DNA of 64,000 nt from the NCBI RefSeq assembly GCF_016432865.1, contig NC_067398.1:244404001-244468000 (forward strand). Reading direction: 5' to 3'. Positions 63,914 through 64,000 of the stretch are shown one piece after another (position 1 is the stretch's first letter; each line of letters starts with the position of its first letter). A program made the translations under genes and the position numbers. The DNA is from Antechinus flavipes (taxonomy: Eukaryota). The notes under the pieces are model-generated. The model did no database searches and was not told the DNA's origin. It saw nothing but the letters and a program-made list of their open reading frames with translations.

Positions 63914-63931
63914 GGCCACCAGAGGGAGCCC
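63914..63931 (+). promoter_or_regulatory. Candidate CTCF site
   Basis: GGCCACCAGAGGGAGCCC closely matches the CTCF core CCACCAGGGGGCGC. Confidence 0.5.
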
Positions 63932-64000
63932 AGAGCCAATTCTTCCCCCCAACAGCCGCTGGCCTAGCCTGATAAAAGTTGGCCTTTGACAAGATGACAG

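Overview
Marsupial genomic DNA, probably a dasyurid (inferred from L1, CORE-SINE and OC1-like repeats). The window holds the KRAB/C2H2 zinc-finger cluster syntenic with human 16p11.2. On the + strand, in the human order, are four apparently intact spliced genes: ZNF785-like (35590-37725), ZNF688 (40180-41684), ZNF764 (50557-52155) and ZNF768 (58766-60203). Interleaved are four dead or damaged zinc-finger loci of different ages. These are an old three-exon relic (1629-11690), a recently broken 12-finger paralog that could still make a 94-aa KRAB-only protein (15886-19015), an orphan CpG island with an exon-3 fossil (45.5-48.4 kb) and an antisense finger-array fossil (about 54-55 kb). The rest is TE-rich: TSD-flanked young L1s nested in old L1s, CORE-SINEs, L2/CR1, hAT MITEs, an ERV LTR with a tRNA-Ile primer-binding site, and two local non-tandem duplications. 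The main leads are ZNF768 with one copy of the heptad that forms a Pol II CTD-like array in eutherians, apparent gene conversion homogenising the KRAB exons, a shared unnamed C-terminal motif (..P(D/E)IF(Q/E)ECG-stop), and the possible KRAB-only product. Gene names and human comparisons come from my memory of the human proteins, not from a database search. Repeat boundaries without TSDs are approximate.
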